Shown here piece by piece: positions 8,059 to 17,475 of a DNA stretch of 64,000 nucleotides. Source of the DNA: an uncultured Candidatus Saccharibacteria bacterium (lineage in GTDB: Bacteria; Patescibacteriota; CAZHWT01); NCBI GenBank assembly GCA_964536215.1, contig CAZHWT010000001.1, positions 15,671-79,670 of the forward strand, written 5' to 3'. Numbering within the stretch: position 1 is the stretch's first letter; every line of letters starts with the position of its first letter. The translations under genes were made by a program, and so were the position numbers. The notes below the pieces were generated by a model. It saw only the letters and a list, made by a program, of their open reading frames with translations, had not been told where the DNA came from and ran no database searches.

Positions 8059-10140
8059 ATGTCTCCAGATACGTCCGTTGCTACTTTGCCATTTGTTGGC
8101 ACTAAATATGAACAGCTTTTAGCCCACTTGGGCATTAAAACAGTGCGCGATTTGCTGTATCACTTGCCGTCACGATATGTGGACTTATCCAAAATGACAC
8201 CAATTGAAGATTTGGTGGAGGGTGAGTTGCAGGTGGTTAAGGCCAAGGTGGAGTCGATTAAAAAGGTTCGACTTAAGGGAGGTGGGCGAGTGATGATTAC
8301 GGCAACGGCTTCGGATGATACTGATCAATTGCAGTTAACTTGGTTTAATCAGCCGTATATGGAAAAGTCGCTCACAGTGGGCCAGGACTACCGCTTTGCT
8401 GGCGAGCCAGAGTTTAAGTTTGGCAAGTTTCAGATGACCAGCCCTACCCATGAACTGGCCAGCAAACCCATGGTCCATACAGGTAGAATTGTGCCTATTT
8501 ACCCACTAACAGCCGGAGTGACATCAAAATGGTTGAGGGCGCGAATTGCTCCGTTATTACCCAAAGTCGAAGTGGTCGTGCCGGAATTTTTACCAGACGC
8601 TATTCTGTCCAAGTATGATTTAGCCTCATTGCCTGAAGCTATTAGACACCTACACGCGCCAGAGACCATGGAGCAGGCTGGCATAGCCAGACGACGACTG
8701 GCATTTAATGAACTGCTTTTATTGCAACTGGCTTCCTTGCAGCGAAAAATGGCCCAGGGTCAGAGTGCCGCAGCGCCAGCACTGAGAGTGGGGAGAAAGG
8801 AGATAAGAGAGTGGGTTATGGGTTTGCCCTTTGACTTAACTGAGGCTCAGCAAAAAGTCATTGATGAAATTACAACTGATTTAGCAAAGAGTCAACCAAT
8901 GAATCGCCTGGTTGAGGGTGATGTTGGTTCGGGTAAAACAGTGGTGGCTGCGGCCGCGGCTTTGGCGGCGGCGTTTAATGGTTACCAGACGGCCGTAATG
9001 GCACCAACATCGGTGTTGGCGCAGCAACACTATCAAACGTTTCAAGCATTACTTGAGGGTGCAAGGGTGCGAGCGGGCGAGGCGGCGAGGAGAGCATCCC
9101 AGACATTGGATGAAGAGACTAAACCTGAGGGCCGAGAGTTGAGACCCGTTAGCGTTGCTTTGCGGACGGCCAAATCCAAGATGCCGCCAGCGGATATTAC
9201 CATTGGTACACACGCCTTGATTGCCAGTGGGGTAGAGTTTGAGGCTTTGGGACTGGTGATTATTGATGAGCAGCACCGATTTGGTGTAGCACAGCGAGCC
9301 GAATTAATGAGCAAGGCTGGGCACGGAGTCCATTTGTTGTCTATGACTGCCACACCAATCCCGCGGACCCTGGCTTTGACAGCTTATGGCGACTTGGATT
9401 TATCGATTATTGATCAGATGCCAGCCAACAGACTGCCTATCAAAACACACGTTGTGCCAGAGCATAAACGAGCCGATATGGAAGACTACCTTGATGCGGC
9501 TATGGCCAGAGGAGAGCAGGTCTTTATTGTCTGTCCGCTTATTGACGAGTCTGACAAGGTTACAGAAGTGCGAGCAGCTACGGCTGAGTTTGAGCGGCTC
9601 CAGCAAGTGTTTGGTCAACGGCGCTTAGCTTTATTGCACGGCCGGATGAAAGCAGCCGACAAAGACCAAATTTTGGCCGAGTTTAAGAATCATCAGTTTG
9701 ACGCTTTGGTGGCTACGCCAGTGGTAGAAGTAGGCATTGACGTACCTAACGCTACAATGCTGGTTATTGAAGGGGCAGAGCGATTTGGTTTGGCTCAGCT
9801 ACACCAGTTACGCGGTCGGGTTGGGCGTGGCGATAAACAATCGTATTGTTTTTTGTTGAGCGACGCTAAAAAGGCTAAGGACATTGCTAGATTGCGCCAT
9901 ATGGAGCATGAGTCAAGCGGCATTGCTCTGGCCGAGCTAGACTTGGCTACGCGCGGTCCCGGTGAAGTCTATGGGCACCGCCAGAGCGGTATTCCAGAGT
10001 TAAAAGCAGCCTCGTTTATGGATGTTGAGCTCACCCAAACTACGCATGAGGCTGCCGAAGGTCTTATTGCTAGCTTGAATAGTTATCCCAACTTAGAGCG
10101 GGAACTGAGTCGCACACAAAAGTTGGTTGAAATGAATTAG
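8059..10140 (+). CDS. recG: ATP-dependent DNA helicase RecG
   Basis: MNRLVEGDVGSGKT, DEQHRFG, MTATPIPRTL, AERFGLAQLHQLRGRVGRG; N-terminal OB wedge. Confidence 0.97.
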   Translation: MSPDTSVATLPFVGTKYEQLLAHLGIKTVRDLLYHLPSRYVDLSKMTPIEDLVEGELQVVKAKVESIKKVRLKGGGRVMITATASDDTDQLQLTWFNQPYMEKSLTVGQDYRFAGEPEFKFGKFQMTSPTHELASKPMVHTGRIVPIYPLTAGVTSKWLRARIAPLLPKVEVVVPEFLPDAILSKYDLASLPEAIRHLHAPETMEQAGIARRRLAFNELLLLQLASLQRKMAQGQSAAAPALRVGRKEIREWVMGLPFDLTEAQQKVIDEITTDLAKSQPMNRLVEGDVGSGKTVVAAAAALAAAFNGYQTAVMAPTSVLAQQHYQTFQALLEGARVRAGEAARRASQTLDEETKPEGRELRPVSVALRTAKSKMPPADITIGTHALIASGVEFEALGLVIIDEQHRFGVAQRAELMSKAGHGVHLLSMTATPIPRTLALTAYGDLDLSIIDQMPANRLPIKTHVVPEHKRADMEDYLDAAMARGEQVFIVCPLIDESDKVTEVRAATAEFERLQQVFGQRRLALLHGRMKAADKDQILAEFKNHQFDALVATPVVEVGIDVPNATMLVIEGAERFGLAQLHQLRGRVGRGDKQSYCFLLSDAKKAKDIARLRHMEHESSGIALAELDLATRGPGEVYGHRQSGIPELKAASFMDVELTQTTHEAAEGLIASLNSYPNLERELSRTQKLVEMN

Positions 10141-10306
10141 TGTCTGTTTTGATACTAATTAAGGAGCTCTCTGAGGGTATGGCCCAATGCGCACATCGCC
10201 CAGTCTGACAACGCCCCTCTTTACAACTGAGAAAAATAGAGTTATAACAAAGGCTCACAGGACTACATTGCCAGCAAGCTGGCTACGCACAGAAGGAGAG
10301 CCTGTC

Positions 10307-10396
10307 GTGAAAAAGTTCCTGACCGAAGTTTGGGCCAACCTTATTAAGTTGGTTCGGCTCGACGACGATTGTCGGACAACCTCTCGGCGTTCATAA
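10307..10396 (+). CDS. Putative 29-aa small peptide in its own transcription unit
   Basis: Promoter TTTACA-17-TATAAC (10220-10248), SD AGAAGGAG, GTG start, terminator 10421-10453. Confidence 0.5.
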   Translation: MKKFLTEVWANLIKLVRLDDDCRTTSRRS

Positions 10397-10420
10397 TATG
10401 ACGTCGCATGTCCCTATCTT

Positions 10421-10453
10421 AAGCCATCTCTAGCGTCCTAGAGATGGCTTTTT
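10421..10453 (+). terminator. Intrinsic terminator
   Basis: AAGCCATCTCTAG-CGTC-CTAGAGATGGCTT-TTT. Confidence 0.8.
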
Positions 10454-10502
10454 AATTATAGATTTGTCTAACCCCATAATTACCTTAATTGCTTACTATA
10501 GG

Positions 10503-10531
10503 TTGACTTATTATTTAAAGGCGGCTATAAT
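10503..10531 (+). promoter_or_regulatory. Sigma70 promoter
   Basis: TTGACT-17 nt-TATAAT upstream of an ORF with SD AAGGGAGG. Confidence 0.75.
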
Positions 10532-10572
10532 AATGATTGTTCGAAATGTTGGCTTTTTAAAGGGAGGGGCAA

Positions 10573-11166
10573 ATGCCTGCTTTCGCATCGCTGTTTTATA
10601 GTCTTGGCGTTGAAATTGGCTGGATCGTCCGTATGCTGACCACCAACAAACGCCATACTTTGGGGTTTGTTTCAGTGGTTGTCACCACCCTAATTATAGC
10701 TTGGAGTGGTTTCATGGATCAGCAATACCCCCAAGCTGAGGTGCACCAAGTCGCTGACGAAACTAGTTTCAGCTTAGCCGGAGTAACTGGATTTCATGTC
10801 GTTTTGAACGATCCTCTGGCGCGATTTAAGATGGATCCAGACGGCTATGAACCGTTTAATCGCTCAGGGGACGGAATATTTCGCAGCCAAGAGCAGTCGG
10901 AGTTGCCCGTCAACTGGGAATCAGTAGTAGTTACTGGCGAAGGCAGCTGGCAAGTCACGCAGCCCTACGCCTTCTGGCAACAAGCTCCTACCACTACGGT
11001 TGAAATGTGGGGACGCGATTCGGGTTTTACATTAACTGTGTACAAAGATAGGGCAGAATATTGGACCCTGCTTTGTGCCGGATATTTCCTGATTCTTTTA
11101 CCTTCCGTAGGCGGATACCTTCTGACCGACCAGAAGCTCCGACGTAGTTGGCACCTGCCATATTAG
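10573..11166 (+). CDS. Hypothetical membrane protein (2 TM segments flanking an extracytoplasmic beta-rich domain)
   Basis: Promoter, SD and hydrophobic segments near both ends. Confidence 0.65.
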   Translation: MPAFASLFYSLGVEIGWIVRMLTTNKRHTLGFVSVVVTTLIIAWSGFMDQQYPQAEVHQVADETSFSLAGVTGFHVVLNDPLARFKMDPDGYEPFNRSGDGIFRSQEQSELPVNWESVVVTGEGSWQVTQPYAFWQQAPTTTVEMWGRDSGFTLTVYKDRAEYWTLLCAGYFLILLPSVGGYLLTDQKLRRSWHLPY

Positions 11167-11171
11167 CATTG

Positions 11172-11211
11172 TGCCACAGGAGTAATTTATTGATAAATTA
11201 CTCCTGTGGCA
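11172..11211. repeat. Long hairpin/palindrome (19-bp arms, 2-nt centre)
   Basis: TGCCACAGGAGTAATTTAT-TG-ATAAATTACTCCTGTGGCA directly after the stop codon. Confidence 0.8.
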
Positions 11212-11359
11212 GACCAAATTGCCCAATCCCATCCTGCTCTGTTGCCTCCATTCTTTTCCAAATCTATATCAAAATCGTCCGCACATACCTCGTCGTATAC
11301 ATAGCAATCTACGCATAGTGAGCATATATTTACCGGTAGTTCTCTGATATACTACAGAT

Positions 11360-11944
11360 ATGCGTATAAGCGGTGGTTTTGCGCGGGGGTTACCCTTACG
11401 CGTGCCAAAAATTTCTGATATTCGTCCGGCCCAGGAGATGGTTCGTCAGGCAGTTTTTTCTATATTAGGAGACCGCGTGAAGGATGCTACCGTGCTTGAT
11501 ATTTATGCTGGGTCTGGCGCCTACGGCCTTGAGGCCTTATCTCGAGGAGCGGCTCATGCCACTTTTGTTGATACCAATGTTGAGTCAATTAAGGCTATTA
11601 AAGCCAATCTGGATGTTGGTCGATTTTGGGGCAAGGCGGAAGTCGTACAGCTCGATGCTTTGCGATACCTATCAGAAGAGGCTGGCCAACTACCGTTCGA
11701 CCTTATTTTTGCGGATCCACCATACGAATACGGTCTCCCATCGGGCCTCCTGTTTCACTTAGCCGAAGTCTTGGCTGATGATGGACTAGTTGTTTTTGAC
11801 CACGTTAAGGGTTTGAATTTTGATAGGGGAGAAGACCTAGAGGTAATTGAGACGCGGACATATGGAGGATCAGGAGTAACATTCTTGAGGAAGAATCCAA
11901 GTATCCAAGGACCCAAGCATCCAAAACAAGGTATACGTACTTAA
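11360..11944 (+). CDS. rsmD: 16S rRNA m2G966 methyltransferase RsmD
   Basis: MRISGG..RG, VLDIYAGSGAYGLEALSRGA, FDLIFADPPY. Confidence 0.92.
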   Translation: MRISGGFARGLPLRVPKISDIRPAQEMVRQAVFSILGDRVKDATVLDIYAGSGAYGLEALSRGAAHATFVDTNVESIKAIKANLDVGRFWGKAEVVQLDALRYLSEEAGQLPFDLIFADPPYEYGLPSGLLFHLAEVLADDGLVVFDHVKGLNFDRGEDLEVIETRTYGGSGVTFLRKNPSIQGPKHPKQGIRT

Positions 11945-12062
11945 ACTATAAAAACACAGAAGTCTTTGACGGTAGATTCTGCTTGCTACGTAATCCTTAT
12001 ATTTTTCCTTGGATTTTTGGGTACTTGGATACTTGAACTTTTAAAGCGCGCTAGCGCTTTAT

Positions 12063-12091
12063 TTGACACTTGTTTACTGATACGCTATACT
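12063..12091 (+). promoter_or_regulatory. Sigma70 promoter of the rpmF operon
   Basis: TTGACA-17 nt-TATACT. Confidence 0.8.
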
Positions 12092-12171
12092 ACGGCCTGC
12101 CTTGGGCACTAGAGTGCATGACTTGCAGTTTAGTCCCACTATTAGTTACACTTATAAAGGATATTTCGATT

Positions 12172-12351
12172 ATGGGAGCACATCCTAAGCGTAAAATTAG
12201 TACCGTGCAACAGAAAACCCGTCGAGCCGCCCAAAAGCTGGTTTTAGAGCGGGTTGGTAGTTGTGACCATTGCGGCGCACCGGTTCGATCACATCGCATG
12301 TGTACAGCCTGCGGATACTACAAAGGTCGTCCCGTAGTAAAAGTAGCCTAA
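12172..12351 (+). CDS. rpmF: 50S ribosomal protein L32
   Basis: MGAHPKRKIS...CDHCG...HRMCTACGYYKGR; start corrected to ATG 12172. Confidence 0.95.
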   Translation: MGAHPKRKISTVQQKTRRAAQKLVLERVGSCDHCGAPVRSHRMCTACGYYKGRPVVKVA

Positions 12352-12417
12352 CCGCAATATAAGTTTTTCTGACTAGGAGTCAGTAGCACTTTTTTAAGAT
12401 TTAAGCAGGTCGTTTCT

Positions 12418-12849
12418 ATGAAAACACGACACGATCCACGACACGTTGCCCGTCAAATTGCCCTCATGACTCTGTTCGAGTGGAGCTTTCACTCTGACTC
12501 ACTGTCAGAGATTATGGAGCATGTGTTAGAGGCCACTGAGCAGTCTGAGGATGTGGACAGGCAGCTTATCCAAGATCTCACTACGGGCGTGACTGATCAC
12601 CTGGACGAGTTGGATCAGCAAATCACTACCGCTGCTCCAGAGTGGCCACGAGATCAGATTGCCAAGATTGATATCTGCATTTTGCGTTTAGCCGCTTACG
12701 AACTGCGCTACACAGACACCCCGGCTAAGGTGGCAATTGATGAAGCGGTGGAGCTAGCCAAGGAATATGGCGGGGACACCTCCTCAAAGTTTGTAAATGG
12801 GGTATTAGGAACCTTAGTACAATATCAGGCTGAGACAGAGTCAGTTTAG
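12418..12849 (+). CDS. nusB: Transcription antitermination factor NusB
   Basis: [49 protein letters not shown]. Confidence 0.95.
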   Translation: MKTRHDPRHVARQIALMTLFEWSFHSDSLSEIMEHVLEATEQSEDVDRQLIQDLTTGVTDHLDELDQQITTAAPEWPRDQIAKIDICILRLAAYELRYTDTPAKVAIDEAVELAKEYGGDTSSKFVNGVLGTLVQYQAETESV

Positions 12850-12894
12850 TGAACGTTCCGGCAACGATCCGGCGGTTATATATTTGCGCTGCCT

Positions 12895-13140
12895 ATGAAT
12901 GAAATAATCAATCGAATTAATCAACATATTTCCGACTCTTTTGGTGTTGAAGTTGAAGATATTCACCCGGATGACGATCTGCGACAGGATCTTAACGGAT
13001 CAGAGTTAGAGTTAGCTGACTTCATCTCGTTACTAGAGCACGAATTTCATGTCGAGATTAGCGGCGAAGAGATTCGTCAACTTACCACAATATCAGACTT
13101 GTATGATCTACTCCTCGATAAGCTCAATGAAATAGGATAA
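12895..13140 (+). CDS. acpP: Acyl carrier protein-like protein (non-canonical attachment motif)
   Basis: Acidic 81-aa helical protein, EHEFHVEI...LTTISD, located between nusB and rnc; DLNGSELE in place of DLGADSLD. Confidence 0.75.
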   Translation: MNEIINRINQHISDSFGVEVEDIHPDDDLRQDLNGSELELADFISLLEHEFHVEISGEEIRQLTTISDLYDLLLDKLNEIG

Positions 13141-13144
13141 ACCC

Positions 13145-13834
13145 ATGGAATTACACACATTAGAAGAACGGTTAGGGGTTACCTTTACTAACCAAGATTT
13201 TCTCCGCACGGCTTTAGTGCACCGCTCATACCTAAACGAAAACCCAGGTTTTAATCTCCCCTCTAATGAGAGAATGGAGTTCTTGGGCGATGCCGTTTTG
13301 GAATTAATCGTATCAGAGCACTTGTACCACACGTACCCGGAATCTCCAGAAGGTGAATTAACCAACTTTCGCTCCAGCTTGGTTAATACTGTCTCACTAG
13401 CGGAAGTATCGGGGCGTCTTGAAGCTGGCGAGTTCCTGTATCTGTCTAAGGGAGAAGAGGGGAGTGGCGGGCGCCATAACCAATACATTCTTGCCAACAC
13501 CTTTGAAGCGTTGCTAGGGGCTATTTACTTAGACCAAGGATTTGAGGCGGCCAGTAAATTTGTTCATGCTCACCTTATGGGTAAATTACCTGAGATTATC
13601 GAGCGACAACTTTACAAGGATGCTAAGAGTAGTTTGCAAGAATTGTCTCAAGAAGAAATTTCGATCACTCCAGTTTATAAGGTTCTGTCTGAGGAAGGAC
13701 CCGATCACAATAAGACATTCACCGTCGGTGTTTATGCGGCCACTAAACAGTTGGCTCGCGGATCTGGCAAGAGCAAACAGCAAGCAGAACAACAGGCGGC
13801 TGCAAACGCACTTGCCAACTGGAAAAAGGCATGA
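13145..13834 (+). CDS. rnc: Ribonuclease III
   Basis: NERMEFLGDAVL signature, FEALLGAIYLDQG, C-terminal dsRBD. Confidence 0.97.
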   Translation: MELHTLEERLGVTFTNQDFLRTALVHRSYLNENPGFNLPSNERMEFLGDAVLELIVSEHLYHTYPESPEGELTNFRSSLVNTVSLAEVSGRLEAGEFLYLSKGEEGSGGRHNQYILANTFEALLGAIYLDQGFEAASKFVHAHLMGKLPEIIERQLYKDAKSSLQELSQEEISITPVYKVLSEEGPDHNKTFTVGVYAATKQLARGSGKSKQQAEQQAAANALANWKKA

Positions 13835-13946
13835 TACAATCCCACAAGCCTCTCCAGAGAGAGGATTAAGAGTCAAGCGTCAGTTTTTATGTAACAATTA
13901 CCAACGCTGGTAAGACTACAGTTTATTTTATTCTGAAGGAATTTTT

Positions 13947-14351
13947 ATGACTAAGATTAGATTAGCCAGGACAGGCAGCACTCACCAACCCCACTATCGC
14001 ATTGTTGTGTCTGATAGCCGCAGCCGTCGTGATGGTCGTTTTATTGAAATTTTGGGTTCGTATCACCCGATTCAAGGTGGAGAGGTGGCATTAGACAAGG
14101 AGCGAGCAGCTTATTGGATCTCTGTAGGCGCTCAGCCGAGCAATACAGTCATTGGCCTGCTTAACAAGTCAGGCGTCAAACACGGCTTTAGCGTGCGCCG
14201 CAAGCCTGAGCGTGTTGCAGAAGCACCGGAAGCTACGGAAGCACCAGCTGAAACCGCCGCAGCAGACGTTGTGGCCGAAGCTCCAGTGTCTGATGAAGCA
14301 GCAGAAGCGGCTTCTGAGCAGCCAAGCGATTCAGAAGAAGCGGCTGCCTAA
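13947..14351 (+). CDS. rpsP: 30S ribosomal protein S16 with acidic C-terminal extension
   Basis: KIRLARTG...YRIVVSDSRSRRDGRFIEILG...GAQPS. Confidence 0.96.
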   Translation: MTKIRLARTGSTHQPHYRIVVSDSRSRRDGRFIEILGSYHPIQGGEVALDKERAAYWISVGAQPSNTVIGLLNKSGVKHGFSVRRKPERVAEAPEATEAPAETAAADVVAEAPVSDEAAEAASEQPSDSEEAAA

Positions 14352-14394
14352 CCATCACCGCATTTTTATTTATCTATCGGCGGACTGTACCCTT

Positions 14395-14673
14395 ATGGAT
14401 TCTTTGCTCACGTTTATTGTTCAGCACATTGTTACTCACCCAGACGACGTCGCCGTTAGTCAGGTTGAGAGCGAAGACGGCCAGCACCTCACTCTACGCT
14501 TATCAGTTCACCCTGAAGATATGGGCATCGTGATTGGCCGAGAAGGCAATATAGCCCGCAGTCTGCGCAACTTGCTCAAGGTTGCCGCCTTAAAGCGCCA
14601 CCAGCGCGTTTATTTAGATATCTTAGAAGCTGGCTCAGCTGCCAAAGATGTGGTTGACGAAGTCGAAGAGTAA
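14395..14673 (+). CDS. khpA: KH-domain RNA-binding protein (KhpA/YlqC)
   Basis: LSVHPEDMGIVIGREG; follows rpsP; start corrected to ATG 14395. Confidence 0.9.
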   Translation: MDSLLTFIVQHIVTHPDDVAVSQVESEDGQHLTLRLSVHPEDMGIVIGREGNIARSLRNLLKVAALKRHQRVYLDILEAGSAAKDVVDEVEE

Positions 14674-14727
14674 TATTTTATCTTGTCTTTTTTATAGCCA
14701 GATTGCCCATAATCGCGAATAACTACC

Positions 14728-14764
14728 AAAACAGCCAGGCTTTTAAATTGCCTGGCTGTTTTTT
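14728..14764. terminator. Bidirectional intrinsic terminator
   Basis: AAAACAGCCAGGC-loop-GCCTGGCTGTTTTTT between convergent genes. Confidence 0.85.
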
Positions 14765-14799
14765 ACGCTAAGGACGGGATTATAATACTCGTTACTAAC

Positions 14800-15501
14800 T
14801 TAGAATGGGTTGTCTTTACCGGTAATAGTTTGAGCCGAGGTTGGAGCGTATGATGCCAAGTGCAATGAATCAATAGCTGTCAATGTTGCTTCTTTAGCTG
14901 ATGTGCGCTGTGGTAGCGGCTCTTCAGCTGGTCCAAGGTCCTCCGGGAACGGCTGGTAAGGGCTAGAAACGTCAAAGGTGGCTACTAATGTCCCATCCTC
15001 GTCGCTCGACGGCACAATATGTAGACTGGTTAACGACACAACCCGAGCCACTGTTTCTGACTGTCGAATAAAGTTAACGATATTGGCATACCCACCCACA
15101 ACTGATAAGTTTGTCTCTACGGTACTGCCTGATTCAGTGTTTTTTACCACGGTTTTGTCCTGACCATATCGTACGCCTTGCGTGGAGGCTCCAGCACCCA
15201 CAGCTACTTGCTCCAGCGTTCCTAATAGACCAGCTGGATCAGCTTGCGAAGGAATGACTGGTTCAACTTTCTCGGTTAGCGTCGCTTTATTTTGTTCTGC
15301 CTGCAATCCTTGCAAAGCGGCCACTTTCTCCTTTAATGCGTCTAGCTTTGTCTGCTTGTCAGACATAGTTTTAAAGCTATCTTGTATATCCCCAACCCAT
15401 GGCAACGCTAAGAGTGGAATAACGGCAATAAGAATGACAGCCGCCGCAACGGGCATAATATATGGCTTAAAGCTATCAACGGTCATTGTAGGCGTGTTCA
15501 T
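14800..15501 (-). CDS. pilO: Type IV pilus alignment protein PilO-like
   Basis: TM, coiled coil, and VVGGYANIVNFIRQSE...RVVSL ferredoxin-like domain; follows pilN. Confidence 0.75.
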   Translation of the reverse strand: MNTPTMTVDSFKPYIMPVAAAVILIAVIPLLALPWVGDIQDSFKTMSDKQTKLDALKEKVAALQGLQAEQNKATLTEKVEPVIPSQADPAGLLGTLEQVAVGAGASTQGVRYGQDKTVVKNTESGSTVETNLSVVGGYANIVNFIRQSETVARVVSLTSLHIVPSSDEDGTLVATFDVSSPYQPFPEDLGPAEEPLPQRTSAKEATLTAIDSLHLASYAPTSAQTITGKDNPF

Positions 15502-16127
15502 GATTGGTCTCCGGTAGGGGTAGGGGTTGGTGTAGGTGTAGCACTGGGCAACGCAGCCAACGATTGAGGAGTCAGGCTGAAGGTTACGGTAAAGGCGATA
15601 GTGGAGGACTGGTCATCGCGGCCAATCATGACTAGGGCTGGTTTGGTGAAGTAGGGACTTTCCTCATTGTCTGAGGTAGCTCCTTGGGTGCGCAATTTAT
15701 CGTAGAAGCCGGCCAAGTCAGCATAGGTTGTAACTGTGCCCGAAATGGTGGCTATATCCGAAGCATCGACAGACATATCAGTTAACTGCATAGACGCAGG
15801 CACCGTTTGGCTAAATTGAGTTAGGAAGGTAGAGTAATGCTTTTGTGTCGCAAAAAAATTACTGAGCGATGTTAATTTGGTATCCAAGGCGCGGTAGACG
15901 CCTTCTGCCTCTTTGTACGTCTGCACTTTTTGTGTCTCGGTGTTTATGGAATTATCTATGCTAGTAAGGCTGGCCTGCAGGGCAAGTTTGCCGGCAAATA
16001 AACCGCCAACGGCCACAATCGTTATAATAAGAACGACGACGCTTACTGTAGTGAGCATCTTTTGTTGGCGAACTTTAGGGGTAACTTCGGCAGTTTGACT
16101 TGGTAAAAGGTTAATATCTTGGGCCAT
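15498..16127 (-). CDS. pilN: Type IV pilus alignment protein PilN
   Basis: N-terminal INLLP motif, TM, coiled coil. Confidence 0.85.
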   Translation of the reverse strand: MAQDINLLPSQTAEVTPKVRQQKMLTTVSVVVLIITIVAVGGLFAGKLALQASLTSIDNSINTETQKVQTYKEAEGVYRALDTKLTSLSNFFATQKHYSTFLTQFSQTVPASMQLTDMSVDASDIATISGTVTTYADLAGFYDKLRTQGATSDNEESPYFTKPALVMIGRDDQSSTIAFTVTFSLTPQSLAALPSATPTPTPTPTGDQS

Positions 16128-16254
16128 GGACAGAATGGGTTATGTGTCTATTCTAGAGATATGCTTGTCTGCTTGTCAACTACTTAGATTCTGACTTACA
16201 GACTCTACCAGTAGCCTGGTCGCGACGGTGTGTGAATATGCCTCTCGTTATCGT

Positions 16255-17292
16255 TTAGCCTAACTCTTTCATGGCCAAGCCAACGGCAACTGCATATGAC
16301 GTTTCGTCTTCTTTGACCCGCTGCTGCAGCGATGAGGGAATTTCGACGCTTTGCCAAGGGGAGCCGATTTGTACTTCCAAGCCAATTGTCGTGGCCAAAT
16401 AGACCACCATACCGGGGAGATTAGCGGTACCTCCGACCAACACCACCCGCTTGATGGTATCAGAAGGGTGCCGAGTTTGGTAAAACAAAATAGCTCGTTG
16501 AATTTCTGAGGTGATGATGTCGAAGACTGGCTTGATTGCTTGCATAACCTTACCTTCCAGCTGGTCTTCAACTAGGCCATAATTTTTCTTGTATTCTTCG
16601 GCCTGTCCCATTTCAAAGCCTAAATCTTGAGCAATGGCTCTAGCTAGGGCAGACCCACCAGTGGCAATAGAGCGGGTAAAAGAAGTTACGCCACTGGAAA
16701 CGATGGCTAAGTCCGTCGTCGTAGCCCCCACTGAGATAATTAGCGTGGTCGGACCAGCATCCCGTCCATCTACCAGGGCCCGTTTAATGGCGATTGTTTC
16801 TGTTTCAAAAGAAATCGGGTTCAACTTAGCCTGTTTAAGCAGCCCGACATAGCGCTCAATAAGCGTATTGGGAGCGGCTACCAAATAGACGCTCATTTTG
16901 GCTCCAGGCTCTTTAGCCGTCGGCCGACTTAGCACCTGCCAAGAGAGCTTGACATCTTTTAGTGGGAGAGGGATATATTGCTCTGCTTCCCATTGAATGG
17001 CGTTAGCCAGCTCTTTGTCGCCCATGTTGGGGATTTCAATTACACGAGTAAAGATGGCTGACTCAGGAAAAGCCACAGCCACGTTAGTGCTGGTAATTTT
17101 AGCATCTTTGACCAGATTGCGAACCGCTTCGGACAGCGCGCCTTGATCCAATGGGGCATCTGAGGCGAGGGCATTGGGTGGGGTAGTAGCTTTACCAAAC
17201 GCCTGGAGAATAAATCTTTTATTCTCTCGTCGCAATTGGACCACCTTAATACTATGAGAACCGATATCTAAACCAAAATAATCTGAGGGCAT
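16255..17292 (-). CDS. pilM: Type IV pilus assembly ATPase-like protein PilM
   Basis: FGLDIGSHSIKVVQL, EAEQYIP, LVGGTA, YAVAVGLA. Confidence 0.95.
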   Translation of the reverse strand: MPSDYFGLDIGSHSIKVVQLRRENKRFILQAFGKATTPPNALASDAPLDQGALSEAVRNLVKDAKITSTNVAVAFPESAIFTRVIEIPNMGDKELANAIQWEAEQYIPLPLKDVKLSWQVLSRPTAKEPGAKMSVYLVAAPNTLIERYVGLLKQAKLNPISFETETIAIKRALVDGRDAGPTTLIISVGATTTDLAIVSSGVTSFTRSIATGGSALARAIAQDLGFEMGQAEEYKKNYGLVEDQLEGKVMQAIKPVFDIITSEIQRAILFYQTRHPSDTIKRVVLVGGTANLPGMVVYLATTIGLEVQIGSPWQSVEIPSSLQQRVKEDETSYAVAVGLAMKELG

Positions 17293-17475
17293 AGGGCAAG
17301 ACGGCCTACTTGCAGGCAGTACTACTGCTACTATACCCGCACCCCGAGCTGAGTGTCAACCGGAGCTGAAGCACAATCGCCTCGAAGGTTGCCTGTGATT
17401 ATCCATTGCATCTACATGAGATGTAGGCGTAGATATATTTCCCTAAACGTCAGGACAGTATTGTATACTAGGAGC

